A stretch of DNA of 64,000 bases from Octopus bimaculoides (GCF_001194135.2 NC_068984.1:74927234-74991233); one strand, 5' to 3'; positions 10,737-23,370 are shown, counted from the stretch's first letter. Numbers and translations are program-made. The notes: a model not told the origin generated them from the sequence alone.

Positions 10737-13700
10737 ATGTCTATTCACATTGGTTGTGTAAATGTTTGTGGCCTGATGTCTTGCTGGAAGCAAGGACGCT
10801 TCCTAAATGACATCAGGTCAAGAAAATTGGATGTGATTGTTGCAACGGAAACCCGGGTAAAGGGGCCAAGAGATCTGCTCCTCCTCCTGAACAATTATGA
10901 GAAATACTTTTCTCCGAGTCGGGCGGGAGGTGGGGATGGGTTGTTGGTCCTACAAAAAGAAACCGGGTAGCCGAGAAAAGGTTGTTTTTTTCTGACCCAA
11001 AAGGCAGGTTGGTCGTTCTTGACCTGACATTCCGTTGTGGCAAGATAATCATGCTAGTCGCTATTTATGCACGCAACATTATGAGTAAGCAAAGTGAATA
11101 TTTTCGTGACCTGGGCAAGTTTCTGGCCACGTCGCATTCACCAGTATTGTTAGGAGACTTTAACACAATATGTAACGCACACGCAGATTGTGTTGGCTCG
11201 AACATGAACAGAAAATGTAACCCAGGCTTACGGGATCTGCTAAGTCACTTTCAGCTAACAGATCCATATAGGTTGGAACACCCGAACACTCCATAGTGGA
11301 CGTGGTCAAATAGTGACGGGTCTTCCAGAACATATCTAGATAGGATTTTAATTAGAGAAATAGATAAGTCCATAGCTCAGTGTCCAGTTTTATCTAGTCA
11401 GCTACAGTGACCATAAGATGGTTACCTGTAAACTGACGGTAGATAAGTTGCATAGTCAGGGATCTGGATACTGGAAACTCATTACGTCCCTTTTGGCGAT
11501 TGAGGAGTACAGAAAGCGGATCGAGATGTTAATACAGAGGGCATTGACAGGTACCATCATTAATAACAAATGGTGGTGCGCCCTAAAAAGAGCCATCAAT
11601 TATGAGTCTATTAGGTTTAGCATAAGTTTAGCTAAGAAGGGACGTAGAATAGGAGATGGTCTAATTAAGGAACTAGAAGAAGCCTGGAAGACTGGTAATG
11701 CGGACAAAGCGAGGGTGAAAGGATTGGAGTTAAACCAACATCTTGAAGCCCAACACATGGGAATTATTGCCAGAGCTAAGTTACGTGCGATGGGAAGTGA
11801 AGGAATCAAGGCCGCTGGATGGTCCCGAGTGGTGGAAGCTAGGCAATGAAATAGTTCCATTATTCGGTCTTTGATGAATCAAAATGGTGTCTTGGTAAAC
11901 GAACCCGAGAAAATGTGAGGCCTTTCGGATGTACTTCGCCCAGCTGTTCGGGGGATGACGGTGGTCCTGGTGGCTAGAGAGCCCTCGAGGACTTTCTTGC
12001 CGGTCTGCCGTGTCTCTCGGGGTCGGCTGCGGAGTCTTGCGAAGGGCCAATCACGCCTGTTCGGGTAATGAAGGCTTTGGCCGACTGTAAAGCGGGTAAG
12101 TCACCGGGACTTGATGGTCTTCCGTATGAGCTGTATAAATGTATGCCAGACTTGTTCGGACATCTACTGGCTGACGTTTACGCAAACTGGCAATAGAATG
12201 GGTTTATCCCCGGATCTGTGCGTTGATCAGTAGTGACGTTGATCAGAAAGGACCCGGACAAGGGGGACGTTATAGAGAATTTCAGGTCCATCACTCTGTT
12301 AAACGCAGAATTGAAGATTTTGGGCAAGGTCTTAGCGAAAAGGTTGGCGCGTGTCGCGAATGGTATAATGGGGGAGGCACAGACATGTGCCATCCCAGAC
12401 AGAACCACTCAGGATACCCTCCATCTTATTCGCTATACCATAGAGAGGGTTGGTAATAAATCTGGCAAAGGTGGAGCATTGGTACATTTGGACCAGTCTA
12501 AAGCTTTTGATAGGGTTGAACATCGATACCCGGCGACTGTGCTTGCGCGGTTCGGCCTGGGCCTTGGATTCCTCAGGTGGTTTATCGCTTTGTACCACAA
12601 CATTGACTCGATAGTTTGGGTGAACGGTTTTCCTTTCGAAGCCGTTCTGCATCAGACGCTCGGTTCGTCAAGGATGTCTGCTCTCATTACTTTTGTACGT
12701 GATAGCTCTCGAGCCCCTACTGCGAAGGTTGAGTGGCATCCCGAGGGAACCAGGTCTAGAGGAGTTTGTTACGGCTCACGCGAATGATAACCTCAGTAGC
12801 ACGCCTACGTGAAGTGGGTAAGACTATTGAGGCTTACGAGGAGGTGGCAAGAGCAAAGATTAACCAGGAAAAGTCGGTCGGCTTGCAGCTCGGCACCTGG
12901 GTTGGCAAGTCGATGCCTTCAGAGAGCGTTGTTGGGCGCTGGACGGAGGGACCGGTTGAGTTGCTGGGAGTTTGGTTTGAACCAGGCCTCCAGATAGAGA
13001 AGAACTGGACGGAGATATNNNNNNNNNNNNNNNNNNNNNNNNNNNNNNNNNNNNNNNNNNNNNNNNNNNNNNNNNNNNNNNNNNNNNNNNNNNNNNNNNN
13101 NNNNNNNNNNNNNNNNNNNNNNNNNNNNNNNNNNNNNNNNNNNNNNNNNNNNNNNNNNNNNNNNNNNNNNNNNNNNNNNNNNNNNNNNNNNNNNNNNNNN
13201 NNNNNNNNGGTTTAGGGATGCCTCGGTTAATGATGCGCAGGTATGCGTTGAAGTTGAGGCACCTCTGGATTCTCCTGGATAGTGAACGGGTGTGGTCTCC
13301 GCTGGTCAAACAAATGTTCAAAAGTTTTTGCTAACAGGAAGCCTGGTGTTCTCGTAGACCGAAGGAGAGTGAATGGCATAAAGAGTGCCGTAAGGCTCTC
13401 TTGCTATTCCGGTTCTCGGGCAACGCCAGCGGTGGGGGTTCACACGGATTTTATATAGTGGGTTGGTAGAGTCTGAATGCGACGATGGCCTAGGGGCGAC
13501 TCTAGGTCTGGGGTTTATTCAACTAGACAGCCTGTTTCATCGTACATTTGGGTTAAGAACGTTGGGCAACTTCCAAAAGTCCTTAACCTGGCAATGCTAC
13601 AGAGGTGCCTTGCCCGTTTGGGGCAAGCTCGCAAGACACGGTGCAGTGAAGACAGGCAAACCGTCCCTCACGCTATTGTTCAGTGTCCGGAGATATCTGA

Positions 13701-14263
13701 AATGTGGGCACTTGTTGTCCGGCGAAGGAAGAGTACAACTGTCGACTGAATCAATTATAAAAATTGACCCACCGGGAGTTTTAACAAACGAAGGTAACAA
13801 ATTGTTTTCTCACGGTTGTAGCAATAGCGAAAGAGGCAATATGGAAGACTAGGATAAAAGGAATTAAGACAGGCAACTTTATCTCTGGCCACAATTTACG
13901 ATCATTTTTTTTTACTTTTCATTTGAAAAGGAAGGTGTGGCTGGAGAAGAGATGTCTATCGGAGTGTACGTTCCAAAGGAGATGGAAGCATGTTGCACGG
14001 GTGATGTACGTGAAAGGAACCGTGTGAATAGACGGGAAAAAAAGAACAAAAAAGGTACCAGTGATAGATCGGGGCTTGTGGGGTTGGAGCGTGACCTGAT
14101 CATCGCTTCATTTGTATTGTCCCTGTATTGTTAATTTCATTCGATTTTTTATATTTTATTTAATTATTAAAAGTCATATTTTATGTAAAATCATACCGAT
14201 TTACTGATCCCATCAGTTGTTCTGTCTATTTCTATGTTTAGCCCCCAGTAGCAATAAAGAAAT
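10737..14263 (+). mobile_element. Tx1/L1-clade LINE: ORF2 (APE endonuclease, RT, C-terminal Zn-binding region) plus 3' UTR, frameshifted
   Basis: Motifs NVCGL...ATET, LLGDFN, YLDRI, KSPGLDGLPYELY, FRSITLLNAELKILGKVLAKRL, LDQSKAFDRVEH, RQGC.LS.LL and C..C...QTVPHAIVQCP. Multiple stops and frameshifts; N gap at 13019-13208. Confidence 0.9.
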
Positions 14264-14663
14264 TGGTATTTCGTCTGTCTTTACGTTCTAAGTTCAAATT
14301 CCACCGAGGTCGACTTTTCCTTTCATCCTTTCGGGGTCGATAAATTAAGTACCAGTTCCGTCCTGGTGTCGATCTAATCGACCGGCTCCTTCCCAAAAAA
14401 TTTCGGTCCTTGTGCCTAAAGTAGAAAAGATTATCTTATAACTTTTCTTGTCGATTTAGTTGACTGTTCCTTCTCTGTCGTTATACTCAGCCATTGTACC
14501 TGTGCTAGAAATTATTTGATCATCAAACAAAATTCTGGTATCGAGTGCCCTTACATAAGTCTAAATATTAGGCCTTAAAGTTTGAATTCATTACTACTGT
14601 ATTGTCCAAAGAATACTAATTTTGTTCATGATGTTTCTTTTCATATATGGTATGCCAAATTAG

Positions 14664-14690
14664 AAAGTGAATCCATAAGTGACAAAGACG
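14664..14690 (+). CDS. Candidate micro-exon (27 nt, phase 1-1; SESISDKD)
   Basis: AG at 14662-14663 with a T-rich stretch upstream (weaker acceptor); strong G|GTGAGT donor; open in phase 1. Confidence 0.5.
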
Positions 14691-14777
14691 GTGAGTTTTT
14701 TTATGCATTTCCTTTGTTTATATAACTAAAATAGAAGTATTACAAGTTTAATGGAGACCATGTTTTTCATAATTATA

Positions 14778-15096
14778 CAGGCTCGAGTCAACGAGTATTT
14801 TTGCAAAAGTGCTCCATCTAAAGTGCACCATTGGTGGTTATTTTTTAACCAATGGTTTTACATCAATAGTTTTTATCGGCAGTATTCTATCACTAGCATT
14901 AAACCTCAATGATGTCTATCAGGCACAGTTAGCCTTTTCCGAAAAGCGGGCTTCATAAGATATACTTCATTATTAGGCGGGCCGCATGAAACATGACTCA
15001 TTATTAGACACATCGCACTGCTAAATTAATTCAAAGTAACTTTTCGTTAGGCGTACCATTCAGAAAATTCTGCGGGTTGCATGTTGCTTATGACTG
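14778..15096. mobile_element. Possible degraded hAT-type MITE
   Basis: Contains GCGGGCCGCATG and TGCGGGTTGCATG motifs like the element at 58866-59196; terminal repeats are poorly conserved. Confidence 0.3.
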
Positions 15097-15119
15097 GTGT
15101 ATGTCGACGGTCCCATATT

Positions 15120-16210
15120 AATGACATTACATCGATGACGTTAGATTGATAGTATTTCATCGACAGTGTTATATCAAAAGTTTTAAGGTCAGTGAAATTG
15201 TATAGATGGTGTTACACATCAGTGGTGTTACACATCAGTGGTGTTACACATCAGTGGTGTTCCATCAATAATGTTACACCATGAGTGTTATATAGTGTTC
15301 TGTTAGTGATATTACATTAACAGTGTTGCGTTATAAAAGGGATGTAGCGTCAATACTGTTACCACAATTATCTTATATCAGTTATATTCTGTGAATGATA
15401 TTCCATCAAGGAGTTACATCAGTTATGTTACTTCAATCCTGTTCCATAAATAGCGGTCTATTAATGGTGTCATGTATTACAATGACGCTACATTTTTGCT
15501 ATTATATCGGCTGCATTCTATCAACAGGGTTACCATGGTTGTGTTACATTAGTTATGTTCCTCGGTAGTGTTAAATCAATGTTGTTAGGCCTTAAATACC
15601 ACATCTGTGGTGTTACATCAGTAGTGTTACATCACTGGCGTTACATCGGTGATGTTAGGTAAGTTGTATTACATCGCTAGAGTTACATATACAAAGTGTT
15701 ACATCACGTGTTTACACCAGTAATATTACACCGGCATTGTCACTTCAGTGGTTTTACATTATTACTGTTACATCATTGATGATACATCGGTGTTGTTACA
15801 TCGACGGTGTTACATCTGTAGTATTGCATCAGTGGTATTAGATAAGTAGTGTTGCATCTTCAGTGTCACAGTGATACTGTCACATCAGTGGTGTTATATT
15901 AGTAGGGTTACGTTGATAGAGCTACAACAATGGTGTCAGTAGTGTTACATCAGTGTTACATCGCTCGTGTTATTTATTGCAGCAGTGTTATATACGGCGA
16001 TGATACATCAGTGGTATTACATCGGTGCTGTTACATCAATAATGTTACATCAGTATTGTTGTATCCATACTTTTACAGTTGTGTTATATAGTTGGTTTTT
16101 ATTTACATCAGTAATGTTATTTCGATCGTGTTACATCAGTAGTGTTACATCAGTAACGCTACATCAGTAATGTGAATTCGGTGTTATTTACATGAGTAAT
16201 GCTACACCGC
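15120..16210. repeat. Degenerate minisatellite, core GTGTTACATCA, unit about 11-16 nt
   Basis: Dozens of visible variants of AGTGGTGTTACA(CA)TC. Confidence 0.9.
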
Positions 16211-16310
16211 TGGTATTATCTTTACAGTGTTCCTATTATTATAAAGAATGGAAGAGTTACAACATTCCTCTTAATAAGAATAACATGTTTCTATTATTTT
16301 TCTATTGCAG

Positions 16311-16361
16311 AAAATGCTTACAAAAACGCAATGCTGTTGAATTTTATCCTGGAGATTTCTA
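16311..16361 (+). CDS. Candidate micro-exon (51 nt, phase 1-1; NAYKNAMLLNFILEIS)
   Basis: TTTCTATTATTTTTCTATTGCAG acceptor, GTAAGC donor, open in phase 1. Confidence 0.65.
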
Positions 16362-16498
16362 GTAAGCTTTTCCGTTTACAAATATTGCATACACTACTTC
16401 TGGTCATACACATTTATACATACGTATGTATGTATGTATGTATGTATGTATGTATGTATGTATGTATGTGTGTGTGTATGTATGTATGAACAACGTAC

Positions 16499-16532
<34 letters not shown>

Positions 16533-17890
16533 TGATTACATCGACTTCAGTGCTCAACTGGTACTTATTTTAATCGATCTCGAAAGGATGAAAGGCAAAG
16601 TCCACCTCGGCAGAATTTGAACTCAGAACGTAAAGACGGAAGAAATGCAGCATTTCGTCCGGCGTACTAAAGATTCTGCCAGCTCGCTGCCTTTGATGTC
16701 CAGAAATAATAGTTAGGAACAAATAGAAAACAATAATATTGTTTATTATAAAAAATTTGAAATGGACGAAATATTGNNNNNNNNNNNNNNNNNNNNNNNN
16801 NNNNNNNNNNNNNNNNNNNNNNNNNNNNNNNNNNNNNNNNNNNNNNNNNNNNNNNNNNNNNNNNNNNNNNNNNNNNNNNNNNNNNNNNNNNNNNNNNNNN
16901 NNNNNNNNNNNNNNNNNNNNNNNNNNNNNNNNNNNNNNNNNNNNNNNNNNNNNNNNNNNNNNNNNNNNNNNNNNNNNNNNNNNNNNNNNNNNNNNNNNNN
17001 NNNNNNNNNNNNNNNNNNNNNNNNNNNNNNNNNNNNNNNNNNNNNNNNNNNNNNNNNNNNNNNNNNNNNNNNNNNNNNNNNNNNNNNNNNNNNNTGGCAG
17101 AATCATTAGCAAGCTGGGCAAATACTTAACAGCATTTCCTACGTTCTGAGTTCAAATTCCGCCGAGTTTGACTTTGCCTTTCATCCTTTGGATTCGATAA
17201 AATGGATACCATCTGAACACTGGGGTCGATGTATTTCTGGACACAAATTTTATGGATCATAAGTCACGCAGCTTGAGCATAAATTTAACTTCTTTTATTT
17301 TTCTTTAAGATGTATTGACAGTATCAATGCAGCAGGTCCGAATCTGGCATTGAAAGTGAAAAAGCTTCCCATGTTTATGAATCAAGCCATCAATCACAGC
17401 AATTTAGGGATCGTAGCTTGATCCTTTGCATTCAGGATCAAGAATGACCGCGAGGCCTCTGGCGAGGACGTGTCAACCGTGGTCAAGAGGAAAGAAACAT
17501 TAAACATTCTCGAGGGTTCCTTGTCGCGGGAGGACTGAGATAGTCTACCTGCTGTAGGACATCTCCCACAAATAGACAAGGGCATCGCTGCATCAGAAGG
17601 AGGTGGGATCCATTATCAAATGTATGGTATACAAGAACATTAGATACGAATTCTACGTGATTAGGAGAGGAGAGGAGAAGTTCATATTCAGCAAAATCCG
17701 GAAGAATCGGTTGATCCCCGACATTATGAGGTCTCCTTAGATGCCAAGGAGTCGCTAGAGCATGATAAGTGGAATGAGAGATACCATTTGATTTAACATG
17801 CAGCTGCTTCCATGGCTGCATCTTCGCCACTGTTGAGGATAAGGACAATTTTATTTATTGGTTTCCTTCCTTTATACATATATATATATC

Positions 17891-18250
17891 GTGGAGGCGC
17901 AATGGCCCAATGGTTAGGGCAGCGGACTCGCGGTCATAGGATCGCGGTTTCGATTCCCAGACCGGGCGTTGTGAGTGTTTATTGAGCGAAAACACCTAAA
18001 GCTCCACGAGGCTCCGGCAGGGGATGGTGGCGAACCACAACTTTCTCTCACTCTTACTTTCTGTTTCTGTTGCGCCTGTAATTCAAAGGGTCAGCCTTCT
18101 CCCACTGTGTCACGCTGAATATCCCGAGAACTACGTTAAGGGTACACGTGTCTGTGGAGTGCTCAGTCACTTGCACGTTAATTTCACGAGCAGGCTGTTC
18201 CGTTGATCGGATCAACTGGAACCTTCGTCGTCGTAAGCGACGGGGTGCCA
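17891..18250 (+). mobile_element. SINE family B (tRNA-like head GGAGGCGCAATGGCCCAATGGTTAGGGCAGCGGACTCGCGGT; OR-like)
   Basis: Pol III A-box- and B-box-like motifs (TGGCCCAATGG, GTTTCGATTCC). Near-identical copy at 23861-24240; older copies at 45685-46000 (+) and 49515-49720 (-). Confidence 0.85.
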
Positions 18251-18329
18251 ACAACAACAACATATATATCAAGAGAAAAACGAAGTGGGTTCACAAACAT
18301 TCTGTTTCTCGCCAGTAATTTACATAAGT

Positions 18330-18665
18330 CTTTCTCCAATTCTGATGATCGTAAGGTCGTGGTTTCGATTCCTGGACAGGACGACACTATGTATTCTTGT
18401 GCAAAACATTTCATTTCACGTTGCTTCAATCCACTCAATTGGCAAAAATAAATAACCCTGCAACGGACCGACGTCCCATCCATGTGGGGAATATGTACGC
18501 CATGGAAACCGTGAAACCGGTTCTATGAGTCTATGTGGGGGAATATGTACGCCATGGAAACCGTGAAACCGGTTCTATGAGTCTATGTGGGGGAATATGT
18601 ACGCCATGGAAACCGTGAAAGCGGTTCTGTGAGTCTATGTGACTCGGGAAGGAACTTTACTTTTT
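18330..18665 (+). mobile_element. SINE family D with an internal 52-bp triplication
   Basis: Head GATCGTAAGGTCGTGGTTTCGATTCCTGGAC and CORE-like TTCTTGTGCAAAACATTTCATTTCACG. Related copies at 21415-21670 (+), 21775-22005 (-) and 37575-37780 (+). Confidence 0.8.
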
Positions 18666-18940
18666 TACTTTTTCTCCAACGAAACAAGAAAAGGAAGAAA
18701 ATTCACTTCTATCAATAAGCTTTATCCACAAGGATAAACTATCATTTTCTCAAATACAGTTATGTGGTAGACAATTTTTTGCTTTCAACCTCAAAGTTCC
18801 TAAAGAATTCAGCTTTGTTTTTGTTCTTTTTCCGTTTTTGTTTGTTGTTTATCTGGATATAATATTTTAGTCGAGTTTCGTTCCCTCCTCCCCCCTCTCT
18901 CTCTCTCTTGTTTTAATTCTCGTTTTATTTCTATTTGCAG

Positions 18941-18976
18941 ATTCTTGTGCGGATTCGTGTGACTTAACTCGAGAAA
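18941..18976 (+). CDS. Candidate micro-exon (36 nt, phase 1-1; SCADSCDLTRE)
   Basis: CGTTTTATTTCTATTTGCAG acceptor, GTAATT donor. Phase 2 has a stop and phase 1 is open. Confidence 0.6.
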
Positions 18977-19399
18977 GTAATTCAGTTGATTTAATTTTGT
19001 TGTTGTTGTTTTCTACTTTCTTTCTTTTCTTTTTTAGTTATATAATTAATATTTTGTTTATTAAATTTTTAACATACTATAATGTCACGAATTTAAAGAA
19101 ATAAGTGTAGTCTCGATCATATCGATCTTTGTACATAAATTGTAGTTATTTTATTAAGTAAAAAGGCAAAGTTAATCTCGGAGTGATTCGAACTTAAAAC
19201 TTAAAGGGACGTAAGTAAATGCGCAAGACACCAAATCCGTCGCCACAGATTGCTCATATCTGTTTACTGGTTAGAGATTAGTGTGTGTGGTGGATTAACA
19301 GAGTCCTTACAGCATTAGACAAAGTATCTTGCTGAAACAATTCGAATCCTGCCTAGGTAAACTTTGCTTTTCATCACTTCCGGAGTCGATAAAATACAG

Positions 19400-20760
19400 T
19401 AATAGCTCAAGCAAAAGAGAACGGCTGAGAATCCAGAACGAATCTTCTTAACACAGTTCGAGACTTGAGCATGGATGAGGTATAGAAATCCTTAACATCC
19501 GTAGTATCTCTAGAAGAAACCACTAGCGTAGCTAGGATAGTGGACGAGGGGGAGGTCCACACTTTTATAGGGGCGGTATTTTTTGATCTGCTGTTTAAAC
19601 CTGTATAGGTATGAGGGCCCGAGGTTGCTCGGCAAACTCACGGACCGTCCCGAGCAGCACACTTTTTAGCCACCTCACTGGAAGAAGCTATACGCATTGT
19701 TTTCTCAAGACATCCAAACCTGGTAAGATCAAGGGTGTATGTATTCATCTTCAAGCTATAAGTAGAAAAAATAACAAAGACAAAGACTGAGTTTTAGAGA
19801 CCTGATCTATATCTCAGAAAAAGGTCCATGAGTAGCGGTTAATGCGAAGCCCAGAGAGAGTGGCAGGTGGGGCATAATATGGTTGATGAGAGGAGGAGAA
19901 ACTAATAAATCAAGAGTACTTTAACTAGATCAGAAGTGCAGAGACAATTGTGGTAACAGTAGAAAAAGCAAAGAAAAGAGATTATATCTATTGATTTGAG
20001 ATTTAAGTGTTGTTGACCAGTTCATGTCAATTAGTCGGGTGACCTTTTTGTTGATGCGACAAGTATATATGCACGTACGGACGAGCGGACCGATAGATGG
20101 ATGGATGGATAAACGTGTAGTGGCAACACCATCGATGTCGTAGAACTTCTTTGCGAGCTTTATACAGGGTTGGTAGATGTTGGGACCGAAGTATTTCCTG
20201 GCCCTAAAGCAGCCTGTCTTTGTGATGCAGTCGTTGCTATGCTGATGTACAATATGCTATGCTTGTGTACAATAACCAGATGTCTTCAATGGTAGTGACC
20301 TTGAATGTTCTATTAGTGACCTCGAAGGGTCTAGATGTGTATTGCTCATGTACAGCACTCTTCGTATGCCTGTGTTGTTGAAGGAATCAAAATTAGTATG
20401 ATTCTATTGGAAGATGTTGTTTGAGGTCACTATTTATGGAATCAGTGCAGCTTTAGCGTGAAGTGTCTTGGCTGCACGAGGGTAATGCTTGGTCGGGGAG
20501 TATTAGGGACAAGTGAAGGATGGTATAGTTAGCATAAAAAAGAACATTTTGAGTGGATAGCAGTTAGGTTTTTGATAGGTTGTAGATGGCAAAACTAAAC
20601 TTTAGGGACAACAAAGTTGACAGAATACGGGTGAAAAGAGTTCTATCTGCGTGCATCACGATGATGCTGTCAAAAAGGAAACCTTGATAAAAGAGATAAA
20701 GAGTAGCATTGCAAGGGTCTTGTGTTTGTGGTATCTCTGGGCAAGACACTTTATTTTATA
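19400..20760 (-). mobile_element. Degraded Penelope-like element, N-terminal region
   Basis: Minus-strand fragments such as LSLGFALT and FTRILSTLLSLKFSF resemble the pre-RT region of Penelope ORFs; many stops. Confidence 0.4.
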
Positions 20761-21227
20761 CGATGTATTATACATTATGTAGTTAGTAATAATAATCTGC
20801 GGTACCATTCATTTAAGGGAGACTGTATCAAATATATCTTACATCAACCTGTTCTAATACTACTGGAATCAGATTTAAGTACCGCTTCTAAATCATTCCT
20901 GAAATGATTAACTCTAGAATTTTAATAGTTAAAGTAATCTGGTTAACAGATCCGATCTAATTTATTTTATTCTGACCTTAATAAGTCATCGTTGTCATTA
21001 TGGGGATTTGAACATTAGTCCTCTATCTTGGCGATTCACTGTCCTTGCGATTTCATGGGATATAGCACTTTTAATATATATGATCGAATACCTTATTCCA
21101 CCTGGGTGGTATTTGAACCCAGGAATCAAGGGATATCGAATTCGATTACAGTAAATTAAATCGTCTGTTTATTTAAACATACATGGATTTTTAATGTTTC
21201 TGCCCCCGTTTTTGTTTTCTTTCATAG

Positions 21228-21266
21228 CGGAATGTGAAGATAAAGAATGCATGGAAAAAGAAAAAC
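21228..21266 (+). CDS. Candidate micro-exon (39 nt, phase 1-1; ECEDKECMEKEK)
   Basis: GTTTTTGTTTTCTTTCATAG acceptor, GTAAGT donor, open in phase 1. Confidence 0.7.
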
Positions 21267-23282
21267 GTAAGTACCTCTACCTATACTGTTATATATCTAT
21301 ACATTATTCACTTCCTTTATATATGTACATCTTTTTATACTGATCATATGACTGTACATTATGCCTAGCCTGATATACATACATATACACTAGTTATACA
21401 ACTGTTCTTTATTGACTTGAGGTGTGTAACTTAGTGGATAGAAGTGTTGGACTCTTGATCGTAAGATTGTGGTTTCGATTCCTCGGCCGGGCGATGCGTT
21501 GTGTTCTTCAGCAAAGCACTTCATCTCATGTTCCTCCAGCTTACTCAAATGGTAAAAATAAGTAATCCTGCGACGGAGCAGCGTCCTGTCCAGGAGGAAT
21601 ACATGCACCACGGAAACCGAGAAACCGGCTCTATGAGTATGTATGATTCGGAAAGGAGCTTTATCCTTTAGTGTTCGTATATCGATTTAGATTGATTATA
21701 AAATTGTATTTTGTTTATGTAAGTATATCTATTTATTAAAAAAATAATTAAAGGACCAAAAGTCCTTCTCGAACCATAGTCTCATAAGGCCTGTCTTTCA
21801 GCTTCAGTGACGTTTATATTCCATCCGACTCACTAGACGGGACAGCAGTACGTCCCAGGATTACTCATTTTTACCGGCTGCGTGGGCTGGAGCAACGTGA
21901 AATGAAAAATGTTTTGTTCAAGAACACAACGCATCACCTGGTCTAGAAATCGAAACCATAATATTACGATCGTGAGTGAAACACTCTAACCACTAAGCCA
22001 TGCGCTACCGCATATCTATTCATACTGTTATATAGTTATACTTCATATAACCAAATATAATGATGCCTTATGGTAGTCTCTCGAGTTTGAGAGAGACGGT
22101 TCTGCATTTTTTTTTTTTTTTGCAGAACAATCTGCACTGATGATTTGTTTATAGTGATCAAACGTTTTTGCAGCATATTAGCTCTCTCCCTCTTATCAAA
22201 TCGGCGTTGCCTGTTCACTGCACGGTGTGACACACATCAGATGTCGTAATGATCGCCACAATCTTGCAATCACGAGATCAACACCCAAACTACTAGGCCA
22301 CGTGTCGTGACGATGCCTAATACAAGTATATCTGTTTGGACTGATTATGTAAGCACATCTACTTGTGCGGCCATTGGTCTTGGCTGATCAGCGATCACTG
22401 ACTAGCTAGATGGCGTACCGTCTATATGTATAACTAATGTTTGCCAATGAAAATGCACCAAAAAACAAAATTGTTAATGAGATTTCAATATGTCGTTTAT
22501 CAAAACTGGAACCGAATGAGTCTATTGTAATTTTTTGCTGGTCAACTACTGATAAAAGAAAAAAAAGCAGTTCCCTGTTTGTTTTATCAGAGACTTTCTG
22601 ACGCCATCAATCTTCAACGGCATCGTGTTTTATTGTTCAGTTCTTTTTATGTTCGAACACAATGATTCAGGTTCAATTCCGAGGCAATGAGTTGGTGTTC
22701 GGGACTCTGCCAAATATTTTCGCTACAGATATATAACTATAGTTTATTCACTCGTTTTATGAGGATGCATTTTTTTGGACTAATTCTCTGTCAGTAATCC
22801 ATTTAGTTGCCTTATACATATTTTAGTTGTCATACGCATATATATTTTAGTCTCGCAGTAAAACCAAGGCTTATAGTTAGACCATGCCTTCATGTAAGTA
22901 AGATGTGCCTGACACAATATGGTTTATTTTAATAAGTCGCTCTCTACATTCAGTAGGTGGAAGAAAGATAAAGAACGAAACCCAATGAGCTGTAAAGACG
23001 GCAAAACTGGTCGGTTTGAACCTCATTTCAAGCTGCTAAAGATTTCGTTCAATAGTTTGTCTTTCTCTTTAAGCGTAACACTTGAATTTGTTTCATTCTG
23101 TTAAATATATCGATTATCTTCTCCGTAGTTAAGGTAATTGACGGCGTAACCCTCGAACACTTACTGCCAGAAGCAGAATAATATTACTGTCAGAGAACGC
23201 GTATGTTTGTGTATTAGAAATAATTACCCTTGCAAACTTCAACAATAATTTTTTTTTCTTTTTTTTTTTGCTATTATTTCAG

Positions 23283-23306
23283 TTTGTGCGCAATGCATGA
23301 GAAACC
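23283..23306 (+). CDS. Candidate micro-exon (24 nt, phase 1-1; CAQCMRN)
   Basis: Long poly-T tract ending CTATTATTTCAG, GTAAGT donor, open in phase 1. Confidence 0.7.
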
Positions 23307-23370
23307 GTAAGTAAAAATAATTGTTAACATCATTTCTAAGGCTATTTAGAAAACACATGGTGTGTGTTTG

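Noticed and set aside
17310-17850. GC-richer, CpG-containing segment with partial ORFs, and a 26-nt AG/GT segment at its start
   Set aside because: No recognisable motif and stops in the frames read. The donor GTCCGA is weak and the length is not divisible by 3. Probably an old retroelement fragment; left unassigned.
17891-17965. tRNA gene
   Set aside because: tRNA-like A/B boxes only; it continues into a repeated SINE body and has no acceptor stem, so it is a SINE head.
18482-18640. CRISPR-like array (also the 15.1-16.2 kb repeat and the short repeat near 60820-60900)
   Set aside because: Adjacent tandem units without unique spacers, in a eukaryotic intronic context with no cas genes.
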